A DNA stretch of 64,000 nt, taken from the NCBI RefSeq assembly GCF_001194135.2, contig NC_068998.1, positions 54,184,313 to 54,248,312 on the forward strand, given 5' to 3'. Positions within the stretch are counted from its first letter, which is position 1. Every line of letters begins with the position of its first letter. Under the pieces are notes generated by a model. It saw only the letters and a program-made list of their open reading frames with translations. It was not told where the DNA came from and searched no databases. The DNA comes from Octopus bimaculoides (Eukaryota). This document shows positions 60,071 through 64,000 of this stretch, piece after piece. A program made the translations under genes and the position numbers.

Positions 60071-63000
60071 GTTGCATTCACAATTGAAAGGTCATAGTCT
60101 CAATACCTGGAGTGCATAGTCTGTTTTATTTCTGAGTAAAACACTTCATTTTGCTTTGCTCTGCAATTACTTAGGCACCTGACATGTGGCACATTTGTGC
60201 ACCTGAACAGATAATGTTGATTTGATGGAGGGAGGGAGCAAATATACAGCACATGGGCTCAAAACTGTCAAAGACTTTACCATTCTTCCCAAGCATCAAA
60301 CTAATACACCTTCCAGTTGTTTCCTCACCAATCTTTGTCCTTTGTTTTCTGCAAATTTTAACTATGTACCTATGTATGCGTGTACGTACATATGTATGTT
60401 TGTGTGTGTGCATCAATACAAGACATCAGTATTACTCGCTAACAGTTAATAGTAAGTCTCTGTATTGCAAGAAAACCTTCAATAGCTGCTACTCGGTTGC
60501 TTTAAAATCCTCAAACTACTTATGTATTTAGAAGAGGATTAAAAAAAAAAAAGAAATAAGGAAAAAGAAAAAGAAATAAACCACATCTTGCGAGCTGAGT
60601 AAATATATTTATCTAGAAATAGTCAGCAGAGATTTACTTAGGAAGAGAAAAAAAAAAAAACATAATCACTCTATCTCTGTATTTAATAGGTATGGATGTA
60701 TAGCTGTGTGGTTAAGACGTCTGCTTCTCAACAACGTGGTGTCAGGTTCAACCCAACTGTTTGGCCTCCTGCATAAGTGTCTTCTGGCTATAGAAAGGAT
60801 TTGATAGATGGAAACTGAGAGAAGCCCACAATGTGTGTGTGTGTGTTCTTGTCTTGACACCATGTAAAACGAGTGCTGTTCATTTCCAATCTTCTTTGAA
60901 ACATGTCCAACCAAGAGGAAACTTCCCCTTTTTTATTAAAAAAATAACAAAACTAATATATTCTGTTATATAATGGATTCTCTTTCATTCAGAGAATGCT
61001 GGAGAAAACAGTATTGAAAGATCACTAATTGAATTGCAGTTTGCGTAAATTTTATGAGAAAGTTAAAAACCATCAGATATTGATTAAAGAAAATAAAAGA
61101 TAAATGAATTCAACCCTGAATTTATTGAAATATGTAGAGCAACGATATGACAAAAGTGATTATTGTTGTGATAGATATATTGAAAAGAAACCTCCATAGT
61201 AGTCAGTAATTGAACAGCTACTATGAGAGGCTGAAGGATTTCCAGCAGCAACGAGATTCAAATCAATTCCTTTTTTTTTTTTTGTAACAGAGCAACCATT
61301 TTCACACACATTGCACACAACATGACGACTTCTCTCTGAACTACTGAGGTGAAGAGAACAAGTCTGTTAACTCAACATGTATCACGAACAGCAACTTTAA
61401 ATATGTGCATACACACACATATATATATATTATATAATACACACCCCCATATATACCATATATATCATCATCCTCCTCCTTTAGCATTCTCTTTTTCAGG
61501 CATGAGTCAGGCAGAATTCACTGAAGAAGATTTTTCTACTTCTGGGTGCCCTTCCTGTCACCAACCCTCAAGGTTTCCAAAAGGCCAAAAATATTTTGCA
61601 TGGGAGGCTAGAAACAAACTGCATCACTTGTATACCAGTGATGCTCATTTTTAGCCATCACGTGATGTCAAGACAAAGGGGCACACACATATAATAAACA
61701 GGCTTCTTTCAGTCTCCATCTTAGCAGATCTACTCACAATGTTTTGTGTTTTGATTAACTGAGGAATATAGAAGGCATGCAAGGTACCACACAGTGTGAC
61801 TGAACCTGAAACCACATAGTCGCAAACTGAGCTTCTTAACCATAAACCCATGCTTCCATCTCTATAATTCAAATGCTTCACATGTGCTGAGTACTGTTTC
61901 TCTTGGTTATGAAATACACACACACATATATATTTATATAAAATATATGGTGTGTATACACACATACTGGTGCCACATGAAAAGCACCTGTGCCAGTGCC
62001 ACATAAAAAGCACCATGTTGGTACCATATACAAAAGCGCCCATTTACAAACTGCAAAGTGGTTGACATTAGGAAAGGCATCCAGCTCTAAAAACCATGCC
62101 AAACCAGACAATTGAAGCCTGGTGCAGCTCTCCAGCTTACCAACTCCTCCTGTCAAACCATCCAACCCATGCCAGCATGGAAAACAGATAAAGTGCCTAC
62201 TGTCATTATGGTAGAGGCTCATTTTAGCACTGCTTAGGAATCCTAATCCTAACCATCACCATCATAATCACAGTATTGGAAATTGTTTCCTTGAAAGTTA
62301 AAGATTCTATTGATCGATAATTAAAGCAACTGAAGAATCAAGTTTTGGTTAAGAGGAATTGCTACCATTCAGGAAATTAATCCAGAACTGTTCAGATGCA
62401 GGGGAAGCCCATCTTTTTATTTTTCTTCTATGTATTTTCTTTAATTCTTGTTTTGAAATGTGAAAGAACTGAACAAAACTGACAATTCCAAGTAATTTAG
62501 AATTAATTTTATGGTTAAATAATAATAATAATAAAGTAATAACACTTAAAAGAAATTGTTTTGTCTTTTGGAAAACAGATTTGTTCTTGGCAATGACAAA
62601 ATCTACAATGGCACCAGACTTATAGCAGATATTAACATATATTGAAACCATTAGTGTTCTTGTTCAAAACTCAAAGAATGAAAAAAAGCAATTTTTTTTT
62701 TTTGATTCCTTTCATTCCGTAACAAATGATATGAAAGAGAAAAATATGTTCAAATGGTGCTTAAACGTGATTTCTTTGTAAATAAAATTAATTATCAATA
62801 TTGCCAACATTTTCCATTGATTTCTTCCAAGGAAATAAGCTAGATGAGCACTGAAGCACATTGACACATATTGAACAGAAAGCCAACAGTTGACCGCAGT
62901 AACATTACTCGAATCAACGATTACTCAAAAATTGTAGCAAATATTAAAATAATTTTTGTTTAAAAGATTGTACTGACAAGTTTTACTAAAATAATTCCTT

Positions 63001-63739
63001 CATTAAAATTTAAAATTCAATGTAGTTTGTACGGGTGCACATGCATAATTGTTCCCCCTCCCCTCCCACTACAGCTTGACAGCCGGTGTAGGCTTGTTTA
63101 CATCCCACAGCTTAGCACTTCAATAAAAAAACACCAATGGAATAAGTACCAGATTTAATAAAAAAAAAAGCGCTGGGGTCAATTTCTTTGGTTAAACCTT
63201 TCAAGGCAGTGCCCCAGCATGGTCACTGTCCAATGACTAAAACAAGAAAAGAATATCACCAAATTCTCACTGCCTGAATTATCCCCAGAAACAGACAACA
63301 AAACCTGCAAAGATGGGCTTTAACATATAAAAAAAAAAGAAAGACCAGGTCATTTCAAGATGAAAGCATAATTTATGCAGATATTCTCCAAGCAGAGAGA
63401 ATTAAAAAATTTTTGTCTAATAAATGAGATTAACTAAAGCAGAGATAAAAAGAGAAAAAGTAATATTATATTGTTTGTGATAAGGACAGCAGCTCAAATG
63501 TCAAGAACATGAGATGATTGTAAAGTAAGAATTAAGTAAATTCTGAAATGGTAACCAGAATAGAGAAAGGCAAAGAAGAGCTGGAGACCATTCACTGAAT
63601 ATCAGCACCAAGAAGCAGATAAAAATCTCTCTCAACAAAGCATGCTTCTAGTCTTAAATATTTCTAATTTTGGCACAAGGTCAGTCATTTTGATGGAAGC
63701 CAATTATATTGACATCAATGAGCAAGTGGTATGTACTTT

Positions 63740-64000
63740 ATCAACCTTGAAAGCATGAATGACAAAATTGGGCATAAGAGGCATCAGATATGGTGTGCAA
63801 GAGAGACGACTGAGCTGGTTTGATCATGCGATGCGTATGGATGAGGACAGGTGTGTGAAGAAGTACCGATCTCTAACTGTAGAGGGGACCTGTAGAAGAG
63901 AGAGACCCAGGAAGACATGGGACGAGGTGATGAAGCATGATCTTCAAATGTGGAGCCTCAAGGAGGTGATGACAAGTGATTAGGAGCTTTGGTGATTTGC
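63740..64000 (+). mobile_element. RTE-clade LINE, 3' end of ORF2 (fragment)
   Basis: KLGIRGIRYGVQERRLSWFDHAMRMDEDRCVKKYRSLTVEGTCRRERPRKTWDEVMKHDL. Confidence 0.9.

Noticed and set aside
62349-62651. Candidate MMS19 exon 1 (MVSIYVNICYKSGAIVDFVIAK...)
   Set aside because: No convincing phase-1 donor, only marginal similarity and no promoter-like CpG context; exon 1 probably lies beyond the window.

Overview
Eukaryotic, AT-rich, microsatellite- and SINE-dense genomic DNA with many N-gaps. The repeat style suggests an octopus/cephalopod assembly (inference). Exons were read by hand from splice signals, phase and homology. Three multi-exon housekeeping genes were reconstructed. ACTR10/Arp11 (minus, 13 exons, 388 aa) lies head-to-head, 268 bp ATG-to-ATG, with a cofactor-dependent phosphoglycerate mutase PGAM (plus, 6 exons, 250 aa). 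PGAM is tail-to-tail with MMS19 (minus, 24 exons visible; exon 1 not found and 1-2 exons probably in an N-gap). The first ~18 kb has no recognisable host gene and is mostly transposon debris: a Penelope-like GIY-YIG end, RTE and hAT fragments, and an unidentified spliced, stop-riddled gene between inverted repeats. The most notable observations are: (i) type I hammerhead-ribozyme folds, one behind the Penelope-like fragment and one CpG-eroded copy in sense orientation inside an MMS19 intron; (ii) a U12 minor-spliceosome intron in ACTR10 with competing U2-type acceptors; (iii) PGAM-MMS19 adjacency resembling the human 10q24 neighbourhood; (iv) a CpG-decay footprint that appears to map gene-body methylation. 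Repeat boundaries are approximate. No database searches or folding programs could be run.
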